A program made the translations under genes and the position numbers. The notes under the pieces are model-generated. The model ran no database searches, was not told where the DNA came from, and was given only the letters and a program-made list of their open reading frames with translations. A stretch of 54,172 nt of DNA. Source: Octopus bimaculoides. Taxonomy: Eukaryota. Shown piece after piece: positions 25,855-38,547 of the stretch. Numbering within the stretch: position 1 is the first letter of the stretch; every line of letters starts with the position of its first letter. The DNA lies in NCBI RefSeq assembly GCF_001194135.2, contig NC_068982.1, forward strand, positions 19,351,879-19,406,050. Reading direction: 5' to 3'.

Positions 25855-26229
25855 TATGTATATATATACATATATATATATATATAAAAGAATATGCGGC
25901 GTGCCTTTGTCTCTCTCTATCTCTCTCTCTCTCTCTTTCTCTCTGTACTTGAGTGCGTGTGTGTGTGCGCGCGCGCATATTGTAACTGGAAGAAAAATAT
26001 GTTCAACAGGAATTTTATGCCAAACGCAAGAATGAAAGAATGTCATACATATATAGAAACACACTCTAGCGCACACACCCACATACACAGAGACACACTT
26101 ATAGACACACACCAACGCACGCACAAACACACCCTCTCACATATATAAATACAAATTAAAACAAAAACTGTGTTAGCTTTCAGGGTCATCTAATGACCTT
26201 AATGCATGTGCTATACTATCATTATGATA

Positions 26230-26289
<60 letters not shown>

Positions 26290-26300
26290 ATTATCATTAT
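25787..26300. repeat. Compound microsatellite field: (TACA)n, (CA)n, (TA)n, (CT)n, (TG)n, (ATT)n
   Basis: Seen directly. Confidence 0.9.
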
Positions 26301-27370
26301 TATTCATATTACTATTCTAGCTACTGAAATGGGTGTGTTATATTTTCTTTACATCTTGAATGTCAGATCTGTAATCTAGTGAAAATGCGTCTGGTTTCCG
26401 TACTCATTTATCATTTGAATCTCATTTTCTCCCACACCCTCTCTCTCTTCCGATGCCCGTCTCTGTATCTCTTTCCATTTCTTCCCCCCCCCCTCTATCT
26501 TCGCTGCTGTCGTCTGCCTGTCTGCTTACTCTTCATCTCGTATTGGCATTCAGACACACATACAAAAACTTACGCATAAACATAGATGTATTGGACCTGA
26601 AATAGCTCAAAACTATTTCTTGCAAAAGAGTCGCCTGTTAAATCATTACAAGGAGAAATTATTAGTACAATATTACTTATAAAAGTTAGTTTGGGTCGGA
26701 AAAGTCAGATATTAAATAATAGTGAGCGATTACAGAGGTTTTCGAAAAGAAATATTCATACGGGAAGATATAGGAAAGTAGAGCGGTGTATTGCAGCAGT
26801 TAGGTCGATCTGCTGGCGAATATGGAACTACTTTAATCTTGCGTGTGTAAACTGGAGGAAAACAATTATGTGAAGGCTCGTGCATTTAATGCTTGTTAAT
26901 CCTGGATCTATGGCGCTCCTCAGTTGGATCTCGTTGGAAACCTCTGTTGCAGGAGCTCTACTTTATCCACATATTCACATATTTTGTATACTACGCATAC
27001 TTTTCATCTCATTTTTCACTATCCCTTTCCTAACCCTATTCATCACTTTTATGTAAACGCACACCCAAGTTGTAACCGCTCGTTGTAATTTTCCCCCTCA
27101 TTTCACGCCCATGTTGTAAATAAAGGAATTTCTTCCTCTTAATCTCTGGCGCTGTTGCTTTATTTTTCTTTTTGGTGGTTTTCATTACCCTATTGAGCAC
27201 AGCCTTGCGAGCTTAGACTATATTTTGGTTTCGCTGTTTCTACTGTAATGAAATTATTCTGTTTAGTTTGTGTATATCTCCTAGTTCTACTTCATATTTT
27301 GTAAGATTTATAAACGCTAACTTTTTGCATCTTTAACAATTCGTTATTATTTTTAATATTGCGTTATTCA

Positions 27371-27590
27371 AGGCAGCGAGCTGGCAGAATAGTTAGCACG
27401 CTCGACGAAATGCTTGGCGGTATTTCACCCGTCGCTACGTTCTGAGTTCGAATTTTGCCGAGGTCGACTTTACCGTTCATACTTTCGAGTTCGATAATTT
27501 AAGTACCAGTTGTGTACTGGAGTCGATCTAATCTACTGGGCCCCTCCCCAAAAACTTTGGGCCTTGTGCCTAGAGTGAAAAAGAATATTT
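27371..27590 (+). mobile_element. SINE family B (tRNA-like head plus Deu/Nin-like domain)
   Basis: GGCAGCGAGCTGGCAGAATAGTTAGC head, GAGTTCGAATT box B, GAGGTCGACTTTACCGTTCATACTTTCGAGTTCGATAATTTAAGTACCAG, which resembles the recalled Deu/Nin core GGTCGACTCAGCCTTCCATCCTTCCGAGGTCGGTAAAATGAGTACC. Confidence 0.9.
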
Positions 27591-27597
27591 ATAAACC

Positions 27598-27800
27598 CTC
27601 GGCGAGCTGGCAGAATAGTTACCACGCGGGACAAAGTGCTTTGCGGTATTTCGCCCGTCGCTACGTTCTGATGTCGAATTGTGCCGAAGTCGACTTTGCC
27701 TTTCATCTCTTCGGATCGATAAATTAAATCCCATTCGAACACTGGGATCGATGTAATCGACTCATCCTTACCTCCTCCAAGCTGCGCATGCGGCAAAAAA
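27598..27800 (+). mobile_element. SINE family B, tandem second copy
   Basis: Starts about 8 bp after the first copy; same blocks. Confidence 0.88.
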
Positions 27801-27882
27801 TTGAAATAATACTGTGCTATTGATATATTGTACATATTGAAAATTTTTTTTGTCTATTGTGCTCAATATTGTTTCGAACCCC

Positions 27883-28269
27883 ATCAGGCGCAATAGCCCA
27901 GTGGTTAGGGCAGCGGACTCGCGGTCATAGGATCTCCGTTTCGATTCCCAGATCGGGCGTTGTGAGTGTTTATTGAGCGAAAACACCTAAATCTCCACGA
28001 GGCTCCATCAGGGGATGGTGGCAAATCCTGCTGTACTCTTCCACCACAACTTTTTCTCACTCTTACTTCCTGGTCCTGTTGTGCCTGTAATTAAAAGGGC
28101 CAGCCTTGTCAAACTGCGTCACGCTGAATATCCCCGAGAACTACATTAAGGGTGCACGTGCCTGTGGAGTGCTCAGCCACTTGCACGTTAATTTCACGAG
28201 CAGGCTGTTCCATTGATCGGATCGACTGGAACTCTCGACGTCGTAAGCGACGGAGTGTCAGCAACAATC
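27883..28269 (+). mobile_element. SINE family C, full length, tRNA-Arg-like head, 13-bp TSD
   Basis: Box A TAGCCCAGTGG, box B GTTTCGATTCC (27938-27948), TCG at the anticodon-like position, 3' hairpin; flanks TGTTTCGAACCCC (27870-27882) and TGTTTCCAACCCC (28270-28282). Confidence 0.93.
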
Positions 28270-28460
28270 TGTTTCCAACCCCGCCATTACGGGTATTATT
28301 ATCTCATTTTTATTGATTTTAAATCAACATAATTCTCTTGTTTGTAAAAACATTGTAATCTGTCGCTTTTCAAATCTCTATCATGTGGCACTTTCTAACC
28401 TGTCGTTTTCAGTTTGTGCATATCGACATATCTCTCTCTCTCTCTCTCTCTCTCTCTCCA

Positions 28461-28740
28461 GACTTATTCTTTGTAAGTTTAGAACTTATTCTATCGGCCA
28501 TTTTTGCCGAAGTGTTAAGTTACGGTGACATAAACACACCAACATCGGTTGTCAAACAATGTTGGAATCACACCACACACACATACACAACGGGATTATT
28601 TCAGGTTCCGTCTATCGAATCCAATCACACGGCTTTGGTCGGCCTGAGTTTATAGTGGAAGACACCTGCCAAAGCTGAGACGCAGTGGGACTGAACCCAG
28701 AACCATGGGGTTGTGAAGCACACAATCACGCCTGCGGCTA
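28461..28740 (-). mobile_element. SINE family A, lacking the extreme 3' tail
   Basis: GACTTATTCTTTGTAAG..CTATCGG..AACATCGGTTGTCAA..GCTTTGGTCGGCC..CGCAGTGGGACTGAACCCAGAACCATG. Confidence 0.85.
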
Positions 28741-30070
28741 TAAGCACATGTATATATATATATAAACATATATAAGTGTGTATGCTCACCTGAGGATATT
28801 CCAGTTTCATTCCATAGAATTTCACTCGTGTATTTGTTGTGCTTGGGACAGTAGAAAACCATGCTGAAACGGTCGCACATTTTGCACGAATGAAGCTTTA
28901 CCAGATTGCAATATGATCTTCCACTTAACCACGCAGCTATATGTACTTGATTTGTTCAATAAAATACATAATTTCGTTGAGGTTAGTTTGCAATTTGGTA
29001 CAATCTTTTGTACAGATGTTATTGATTGACGTCGTAAAACAAACAGTGGAAATAAATATCAGGAAATTAAAGGCTGATAGATGAAGTATTTAATATCTAT
29101 ATTATCGAGTTTACCATGAAACCCGAAGTAGTAAACTTGTAGTAATAAAATATTAGTCTGGTCTTGGGTAGATTCAAGTGCAGGCGTTGAAATATATGAT
29201 CAATATAAATGCAGGACTATAAAAAATTCATATATTTCTGATAAAACTATGAAAAAAAGGATAGATTTCATTAGCTTCATTTCTTCGATTTCGGAGATAA
29301 GTGTTCTGAGATGCTGTTTTCTGTATGTTGTTAAGAGTGTTTTTCTTAGCTCCAGTTCGATATCAATTAATATTACTTCATGAACTAATCTATCTATCGA
29401 TATATATATTCACTCTCCGAGGCATCTGGATGTGATGTGAGATTGATTCAACGATTACGTCTAACAGGGCAAGTAATCATTTGGAGCCCCTCTCTTACAC
29501 ACATCATTTGACTGCGTTTTAGTGCGTTTTCTTTACACTTTTTGACCTTGTTGCTGGTCTTTTTTTTTATTATGGTCGTCATTTTGTCTGCTGTTATTGT
29601 TGATGGTGATGTTCTTTCACAGAAGGTCAGGCTGGATTATTGAATAAATGCATTGCACCTGTGACCAGCCCGTTCTTTTAGGAGTTATGTGTATCCACTC
29701 ATTTCACGCACACATGTTCACTTACACATACACACACATACACACACAGACACACACACACACACACGCACAGACACACACAAGCATTTCCGTATTATCG
29801 GCTCTTAGGGAACACCCATGCTTAGGTGGCTCCTTTATATATTTCTTTGAATGTTGAAATTATCTCCTCTCCTCTAGTGGAACTAGTCATGAATGCTATT
29901 TGATAATTATTATAGATCTAGAGGCGGAGATAATGTTAACAAATTAATAATTCTGTTTTGTAATTTGTCATGCTGGTATATGTATGCGCGTATATATATN
30001 NNNNNNNNNNNNNNNNNNNNNNNNNNNNNNNNNNNNNNNNNNNNNNNNNNNNNNNNNNNNNNNNNNNNNN

Positions 30071-30116
<46 letters not shown>

Positions 30117-30629
30117 AAAAACACATACACACATATATTATGTGCCTATAAATACAGTCCTTTCATGTGAGCGTTGAAGGTGATGCTTAGAAAATTTGAC
30201 TACTCTTTCTAGCGGATTGAACAACCACATCGAGGTTTCTGTTTTCTGACGCACTGCATGTATCATTGAAAGACAGAGAGTAAGTGAAAAGGAAAGATTA
30301 CTCTGAGCTGGCAAGATAGGCGTGGTTCATAAACCATAATACACAACTTAATAAAATACTTTGGTTAGCTGGGATATTATATTTACTGCACAGCATTCAA
30401 CTGGCTTCTACTATTCATATCTTCCGTTGCATTTATATTGGTCTATATCATAAGACTGCGAATCGATCATAAAAAGAAATAAAGAAATGAAACGAAAACA
30501 GTTCAAAGGGGCTTCTTATCAAAAACTATCTCTTCTATAGTTTTGACCAAAATCATGTTATTGATTTCTTTTAATATTTACACAGCAAAGGTTATTGGAT
30601 TTTTTATATACGGCAAAGTGTGCAATAAT

Positions 30630-30950
30630 ATTACTCTGTGTGATATTTACTTACCATCATTTAGGTTCTGAGTTCAAATCTGTGACTTTCATTCTTAAGA
30701 GAATCGATACAATCGTGTACTAGTCAAGTACTTAAATTGATTTAGTCTACTATTGCTGTGACCATATGTGAGGTATTATGCGTATATTTTTTCGAGAAAG
30801 ATTACATGCATTAGCAGAAACAGTATAGTATCGGACAAAATGCTTTGTGCGATTTAGTTGCAAAACTTCAGTTTCTGAGTTCGAATCATTCGAATTTCGA
30901 CTTTGTTGTTCAAAATTCCATATCGATAGTATAAATTTATTTTGGTCAAG
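30630..30950 (+). mobile_element. Two very degraded family B remnants
   Basis: TTCTGAGTTCAAAT/TTCTGAGTTCGAAT plus GACTTT..TCGATA blocks occur twice. Confidence 0.45.
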
Positions 30951-30989
30951 GCCTTCTTCCTTTACTAGAAATCAACATTTACGCAGAAA

Positions 30990-31292
30990 ATAGGAGCACT
31001 CCGTCGGTTACGACGACGAGGGTCCCAGCTAATACGATCAACGGAACAACCTGCTAATGAAATTAACGAGCAAGTCACTGAGCAATCCGCAGACACGTAG
31101 TACCCAGGGAGACTCAGCGTGACAACGCCGGCCCTTTGAAATACAGATACAACTCATATTTGCCAGCTGAGTGGACGGGAGCAACGTGAAATAAAGTGTC
31201 TTGCTCAAGGACACAAAGCGTCGTCAGGAATCGAACTCACGACGTTACGATCGTCAGCCGAATGCCCTAACCACTAAGCCACGCACCTTCAC
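30990..31292 (-). mobile_element. SINE family D (CORE-like body, family C-type tail), full length, perfect 10-bp TSD
   Basis: Head GGTGCGTGGCTTAGTGGTTAGGGC, box B GAGTTCGATTCC, TGTGTCCTTGAGCAAGACACTTTATTTCACGTTGCTCC; TSD TACGCAGAAA at 30980-30989 and 31293-31302. Confidence 0.95.
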
Positions 31293-31869
31293 TACGCAGA
31301 AACTCCTAATAAATCGTCAGATCTGTTAGATCGTCCATCTAAATTCCCAGCACTCCACGTTCAGATCCCGTGGAAATAGACATTGATTTTCATTCTACTG
31401 CGATCGATAAAGCAATATATCAACGAAATCATAGTGGCGCTTAAATCGACTATAATTTCCAATACATGTGGATTTTTGCCATTACATTTACTCTGCTGAG
31501 ATTTTCGGATTAGCGATAAAGGTATAGCATATGCCAATTAAGACGAGATCTACATTAAAGTTAGAAGTTCAAATCCTGCTCAAATTTTAATTTCTTTTTA
31601 AGTTTGTTCCTTGCAGTGTCACAAGTATGAGTACGATTTAAATGTTGGGAGAGATTTAATCAAATAATACCTTCGTTTCAAAAAGATTTCAATAATTTTA
31701 CTTATTTTAGTACATCGCTTCTTTTCTTTTCTTCTTCTTACACTATACACGGATAGACATTTTGTTGAGATTAAAATAAAAAAACAACGACTATTTGACT
31801 TAATTCCTAAATGTTGTTCACTCGATTTTAAGAAACAAAAAATCTAACGGTTAATTGTATTATCATAAT

Positions 31870-32075
31870 TGCTACATTAAGTACGCCAGGAAAATATTTG
31901 CCATCATTTTCTCGGGCTTTACGTTTTGAGTTCAAATCCTGCTAAGATCGACTTTGTATTTCATCCTTCGGGTTCGAAAAACTAAGAATCCGGCGAACAA
32001 TGTGGACGATTTAATCGACTAATATCTTCTCCACAAAATTTTATCCTTGCACCTATCGTAGAAATGAGTATTATA
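31870..32075 (+). mobile_element. SINE family B, diverged
   Basis: TTTGAGTTCAAATCCTGCTAAGATCGACTTTGTATTTCATCCTTCGGG..ATTTAATCGACTAAT. Confidence 0.7.
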
Positions 32076-32578
32076 ATTTTCGCAGCTTTCTATTTTTCGC
32101 TATTTGTATAGCAGTATAGAAGCTTTCATTTACTTCACCCGTCGCTAAAGTTCGGTATCCGTTATCCGACGATCAAGAGGAGGGTATAAAGATTCTTGAA
32201 GACGAAGGTTAGAAAATTACGTGGCAATTATCTCACTGGTTGCGGAAGTAAAAATGCCACATTTGACTCAGCAGGATTTTAGCTCAGAATCTAATGAGCT
32301 CCAAGAAAATATCAGAAGACGCGACCTGTCGAAAAGTTTAGAAATGACATTATTCTGTTAACGAATCAAGTATCATGCTAGATGCTTCTCACTCTATTTC
32401 GGAGAATCTGTCGTGTTGCGTTCATTACAAAATGATTTGATATAATTAAGTAAAATACATATGTGATGCATATGTATGTCGACAAAACATACAAAAGAAA
32501 ACAATGTATATACATGCGCCCCAAAAACACATACACGCAGATATATATATATATATATATATAAATATATATATATAC

Positions 32579-32611
<33 letters not shown>

Positions 32612-33075
32612 GGTGTAGAATTTTCCCCGTATAGGATATATTCTTGGAAAATATTAATCAGCATCTGACGTGTATTACGAAGCAGAATAAAAGAAAAAAA
32701 AACCTTAAATGTATTATTTTATTATATTTATACGCTAAAGCGTGTGCAAAGCCTAAAATTTGTCTTATTCCTTCACACTTCTACATTGACGAGGGAGTAA
32801 TAAATGACATTTGTGTCGCTCCTGTAAATAAATGACATATCTGTAAAGTACTGGATGTTATTCTTCACTTATCTATTTATTTAGTTTTCTTTACACTGTG
32901 AAAAATCTCATGAGGAGATAAGGTAGTGGCAAGGTAGTCAAAAGTTCAGAAGGGTTCATTAAGGGGTTAGGAATCTCATTAAAAGTTATATACGTGTGGA
33001 CAATCTCCCGAAGTATGCACCGCTGGTCACTGCCACATGGAATGGGAATATGAAAAAGGAAGTAATATATATGCA

Positions 33076-33077
33076 TC

Positions 33078-33132
<55 letters not shown>

Positions 33133-33177
33133 TTATCTATCTATCCGTATGTCTCTCTTTCTCTCTCCCTCTCTCTC

Positions 33178-33215
<38 letters not shown>

Positions 33216-33225
33216 CGTCTGTCTG

Positions 33226-33281
<56 letters not shown>

Positions 33282-33300
33282 CTTATCTATCTATTAATTA
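33076..33300. repeat. (TATC)n microsatellite with a (CT)n interruption
   Basis: Seen directly; a complementary (GATA)n tract also occurs at 8786-8856. Confidence 0.97.
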
Positions 33301-35689
33301 TTAGCGTCAGAGGTGGTACTGATACCAAAAGATAATCTTTATATTCAACTTAGCATGGATAGTTTAGAAAACCGAATGTTGCGTTATTTCCCTTGAGATA
33401 TTCTCTCATATAGGTGCTTGGTGTATAAAGGCACACACAAGATCGTAACTGTCGACAATCTTCTCCCTTGCGCCTATGATCATTTGCAATATACAAATAC
33501 AGAGAGAGAGGGGGAGAGAGAGAAATGGGTTACTTATATCTTGCATTATATATCACGAAGTCTATAACCCAACATATATTTTGCAATGAATGCATGCATT
33601 TGCGTATCATTAACGGAAGAAATGCATGCCTACACGTTTGAAACTGACGATCCTCACATTATTGCGACTAGAAAATGTTTTACAGTAAACCGCGTACATG
33701 CTTCATTATTTAACCAGTATTCTAATATCTCAGCTAGGCAAGACGCTATGGAATAGTTAAAGGATCAAAACGGGGAATACAGGGATAGAACTTGTTGGTT
33801 ATTATTACCAGATTGGGCACAGTGTTGATTGAGGTCTATGATAGCTGACACATTCAGACATCACAAATGAAGTATTTACATATGCTATGTTCATTCAATG
33901 CATGTTTTCTGTTTAATGTCTGTTATTTGAGATTATTGTTTAGTCTTGGAATTTCAATGAGTTTTTTCAAATTCAATTCTTCTTGTCGTTTCAAAAACAA
34001 TTATTCTCACTTATACGCTGCTAACGACTCGCAACGTGTAATAATTACTTCGCATGTAAAAATAAATAAATAAAAGAATAAATAAATAAATAAAAAGGAA
34101 AATTAGTCTTTTAAATATTCAGGGCAGCTTTCTCGATTTGTAGCAGATTGTAAACACGTGTTGCTTTGGAATATTATATCTGTTAATATCTATATTCTGG
34201 AAGCATTTAGTTTAATGTGTCTATAGTATATTGCATTTTGCTCAACGTTATCTGTTTAAAAGACATTTAACAATGTTCAGACATTAAATCTCTGTTTACT
34301 TTCAATATCATTATTTTACTTTACGGCTTTCGACTTTTTCATTTTATCTTCACGCTTCATCAGTTTACATTTCATCATTATACTTCCTTGAATGGTTTGA
34401 TCTGATTATTTACTTCGCCACTATACAATATTTAACAAGTGATGAATTCTGCTTCGAAATTGGATCTAGATTTCATGATAGTTATTTTGCTTAAAATATA
34501 TTTTCTTTAAAAATCTTATAGAAGAGACATGGTAACGAGAGGTATAAAGTGTGCGCGCTAATTATATAGTATTATGAAAAAAATAATGTCGTTAGTTGAA
34601 TCCGTATCTTTATACAAAACACACATCTAGCATCACAAATACACATACATATATATNNNNNNNNNNCATCACAATTTTTTTTTTTTTTTTTGGTGGGGGT
34701 TATTGCAAACTTATCTATCACAGAGTGGAAAGTTTAAATAAAGCCTTATATGTAACTTGAGAAGAAAACATAAAAATTACACGGCGGTATTTAAATCCAA
34801 ATTATAAAAAAAAAAATGCAAAGAAACGCAATAATATGTACTAAAAATACATTAGAAAAAATTTTACCACATTGACAAATAATCTAGGAAGACTATAAAT
34901 TATTCTCCAATTTTTCTTCAGATTTAGTATTTCTAAGGTTAATTTGCTTTTACTCGATACAAAATATCGAGTCTATCCAGCTCTAGATTTCTGTCTATCT
35001 GGCTCTCTCTATTTCTCGAATTGGCACTTTCAGGAAAACATCGAAGAGAATGCCTTGTTGTGTTCAAGTTAATCTCCAGTCGAGATCGACTCTTTCTTTC
35101 ATCCTTTCGAAGTCAATAATGTAAGTAACTGATCAGTATTATGATCAATGCACCTCTATCTTTCATCTATGGTAAAACAGTCTTGTCATATTCTGTCACA
35201 CCATTGCGGCCTGAGCATTGTGTAGATGACATCTGCGTCTCTGTAGAATAACCACTTCTAAGAAGCCTGGTCAATTCGGAACAAATATTTGAGTGTAAAT
35301 TATTTTAGTCTACAGAGCAGGAACAAAAGGCAAATCGCCAATTTTATAATAAGGGATCAGATGCATTGATCTATTATTGCAAGCCAACATGCAGTGTTAT
35401 ACATGTATGCATACATACATACATACATACATATATACATACATGCATACATACATACATGCATACATACATACATACATGCGATGGCATACTGAAATGT
35501 TCCTCGCTTTAGTGTCTCGAAACACCTATCTGGGATCCCAAACATCAGAGTTCTCATACATGACTTAGTAAAACTGAAGGATCGCTGCAATAAGTGTGTA
35601 TATCCGAGAGTAAAATATGTTGAATAAAATCCTGTATTTTGGGGGGAATTTTTTAAACCCAAAGCCAGCACCTTCTCGTACGTACATAC

Positions 35690-35995
35690 ATGATGGCTGC
35701 CCACTCGTGCCCGAGGAAGACCATTACTGACCTTCAAGAACAATGTTCGCTCTAGGACTAACTTGTATGTTGCCTTTGAGGCTCCGGTGATGGCATACAC
35801 GGTTGTGAACATTGCAAACCAAGCTATGCCCATTCACTACACCAGTAGTGCGCCTTCGAGCAGCAAGCTTAAGTTCTTCATGCAGAATACGTGCTTTCAC
35901 AAAAGTGTCGATCCCGTCTTTAACCTGCTTCCCCCATCTGTGGTGATGACATTTATTGCTCTTCCAGTCAGTCTCCTGCATATCACAACCCTTGA
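35690..35995 (-). mobile_element. RTE-clade LINE 3' end with C-terminal Cys/His remnant
   Basis: ETDWKS..RWGKQVKDGIDTFVKARILHEELKLAARR..LVCNVHNRVCHHR (cf. W..LA.DRS.WR..V..G...FE..R....E.KR..RK..C..C.R.C.SR.GL.SH), then tail TGGTCTTCCTCGGGCACGAGTGGGCAGCCATCAT. Confidence 0.8.
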
Positions 35996-36199
35996 TATAT
36001 ACATACATGCGCATATATATATANNNNNNNNNNNNNNNNNNNNNNNNNNNNNNNNNNNNNNNNNNNNNNNNNNNNNNNNNNNNNNNNNNNNNNNNNNNNN
36101 NNNNNNNNNNNNNNNNNNNNNNNNNNNNNNNNNNNNNNNNNNNNNNNNNNNNNNNNNNNNNNNNNNNNNNNCATACATGTGTGTGTTTTTGTGAGTGTG

Positions 36200-36650
36200 T
36201 GTGTGTGTATCAGCCTGATCCATTGTCAACGACTGTAAATGGCTTCCTGAATCAAATTTCTCCATTTAGAGCGATCACCAACTGGCTGATACCGCTTGTC
36301 AGTGTTGATAGATTGATGTTTTCGTTTCCGCTTAACTTTGTCTTTGAATTCCACTTTGGGTCTACTAATTTTATGATAGTCATCTATCTGTTAGTTGGGA
36401 AAATATGACTTTCTATGCGAGTCTATCATTATCAAGTCTGCCTATGTGGTCTCTCCAATGGAAAATTTTTTGCATGATTAGATTGTCCATGGATTGAAAG
36501 TTACCCTTCCTGGGAATATCACCATTTGATGTTCGTTATAACTCTCAGGTGTGGCATGACAAAAGCACAGTTTTGACTTGTGTTTTGTTAAGTGTCCCTG
36601 CTTCTGCACCATGCAGTAAAGTTCAAATGACAATGGCTCTGCATACATAA
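36200..36650 (-). mobile_element. RTE-clade LINE RT C-terminal / 3' fragment of a different lineage
   Basis: VCRAIVI*TLLHGAEAGTL, HWRDHIGRLDNDRLA*KVIFSQL, RPKVEFKDKVKR, DRSKWRNLI. Confidence 0.85.
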
Positions 36651-36744
36651 CATGTGTGTGTGTGTGTGTGCCTATATGTATGTGTGTGCGCACGTACATG
36701 TATGTGTGTGCGTATGCGTGTGTGTGTGTGTGTGTGCATGTTTG

Positions 36745-36985
36745 CCTGTTTTCTGGCTATTGCATCAACTATACTGATGCAGGGCCATTCTCAAGGCAGA
36801 AGGGCCATTCTGAAAGACGCAGGTAGAAGAAAAGAAACACCTAATCCTGACCAGGTCTCCAACTGCAACCACTGCGACTGTATCTATCTATTCCACATTG
36901 ATATTGTCTGTTATGATCGTGTCTGCATTCAACGTGGGACAGCCCCTTCTAAATCTTCGTTCGTGAAGCCAAACCAAGAGGAGAG
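36745..36985 (+). mobile_element. RTE (BovB-like) LINE 3' end
   Basis: RRKE..NPDQVSNCNHCDC....I......RVCIQRG.APS, followed by AATCTTCGTTCGTGAAGCCAAACCA, similar to the RTE 3' terminus I recall. Confidence 0.75.
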
Positions 36986-37974
36986 CAATCTATTACGTTT
37001 CTGTTCTTTTTCTACTATTTTACATGTTCCTTCCGCCTGCTCTTTTAAATTCCCGTTTCAATTTTCTCTGGATTAATTAGGATCAGAGAAATCAATATTT
37101 TTTCTATATTGTTTTACCTTTGTTCTTGTTATTGTTGTTGCGTACATCGTCATTAGAGTATATTTCTTTTGTATTTGCCTTTCCTTTTTGCTCTTTACAT
37201 GAATGTTCTGCAAATATACAGCTTTAAATTTATATTTAGAACGCACTCTGCTTGTAAATGAATCGACGTATTCATTACTGTAACCTTAAACGTTTCACCT
37301 TTACTTGTGTAAGTTAACAATAAGCAGGCATTTCAGCTGCTATTTGTTTGAACAAATTCGCATGTCTCTCAATGAATGCAGTGTGGATTAAGTCTGCGGA
37401 CGTTAAAAGTTCACTATTGTAGAATGTGTTTATTTCTTACATTTCAGCGACTCTAACATAACATTGTTACCATTCTGACTGACATAATTCTTCCCCACTC
37501 TCCAATGATCTTAGAGAGAAAGTCTATGTATTGTATACGTATACATAGACTTTTACTCATGCGCATTCCCACCTATTCACATACAAAGACACACAATCTC
37601 ATATTCATATATGTTAATTATATATAATAGAAAGTCTCTGAGTATGACTATGCGAGTGTGTATTCGTATGTGTGTGTTCAATTGTCTGTGTTAGTGTAGT
37701 TCTGATGAATATGCGTTTGGTATTTTTCTGTTATTGAACAGTTGTAAACATTACGTAGCAAGATTTAAGATAATATGATGTCGGCTTTAACAAGTGTATT
37801 AGTCATGTTCAATAGTATACTATAATGTAAATATAGGTACATTATATTCCTCTCAATAGGAGAATTATGTGATATCAATTATACTCATTAACGTCAAGGC
37901 TCCAACATGCACACTATTGTGCTCTTTTAAGAAAAATTATCATTCATATAAGTAAATATTTTTCTAGTGTGCAC

Positions 37975-38115
37975 TTGAGTTAAAATTCCACAGATTTCGA
38001 TTTTACCTCTCACCCTTTCGGAATCGATAAAATTAGTAACGTGTTGAGTAATGGCGTTGATGTCATCGACTAACCCTCGCTCCAAATTGCTGGCCATGGG
38101 CCAAAATTTAAACCA
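37975..38115 (+). mobile_element. SINE family B, 3' half
   Basis: CCCTTTCGGAATCGATAAAATTAGTAAC..GATGTCATCGACTAACCC..CCAAATTGCTGGCC. Confidence 0.75.
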
Positions 38116-38344
38116 ATATACCACGAGACCATATGAATATTAAAAGCTCATATGATACCATCGTAGTTCTCGATATGGAAGGATTTCAACGAAAGGTATC
38201 GTGTTGTTGTTTGACATAAAATAAGGTATGAATAGTCTAGTCCTTAAATAGAACGGATATCGAAACCAACTTTTACTAATATCATATTAATCGCTGTAAC
38301 CATCTGAAATTCAGTACCGAATATGTCTTGGGATGTGCAGTAAA

Positions 38345-38547
38345 ATTGCATTTGGAAATTTCGTGGGAAGTCGTAAGTCGATTACAACGACTCCAATACT
38401 AAATCGGTACTTATCTTATCGACCGCAAATGGATGAATGGCAAATTGAGCATCGCCGGAATTTGAAATCTGTACATAAAGACGGGCGGACGAAACGTGGC
38501 TAGCATTTTGTCCACTGTGCTAAAGATTCTGCCAACTCGTCGCCTTA
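38345..38547 (-). mobile_element. SINE family B
   Basis: AAGTCGATTACAACGACTCCAATACT..GGTACTTAT..ATCGACC..GATTCTGCCAACTCGTCGCC. Confidence 0.8.

Noticed and set aside
27883-27960. tRNA-Arg-like sequence (also the heads at 31292, 51092, 5310)
   Set aside because: No proper acceptor stem, and it continues into SINE body with TSDs; these are SINE heads, not tRNA genes.
32150-32350. ILEDEG similarity to a mariner N-terminus
   Set aside because: A single short motif with no supporting neighbours.
36200-36985. Divergent RTE fragments as a twin-priming inversion of one element
   Set aside because: They overlap the same protein region with dissimilar sequence, and each appears to have its own 3' terminus.
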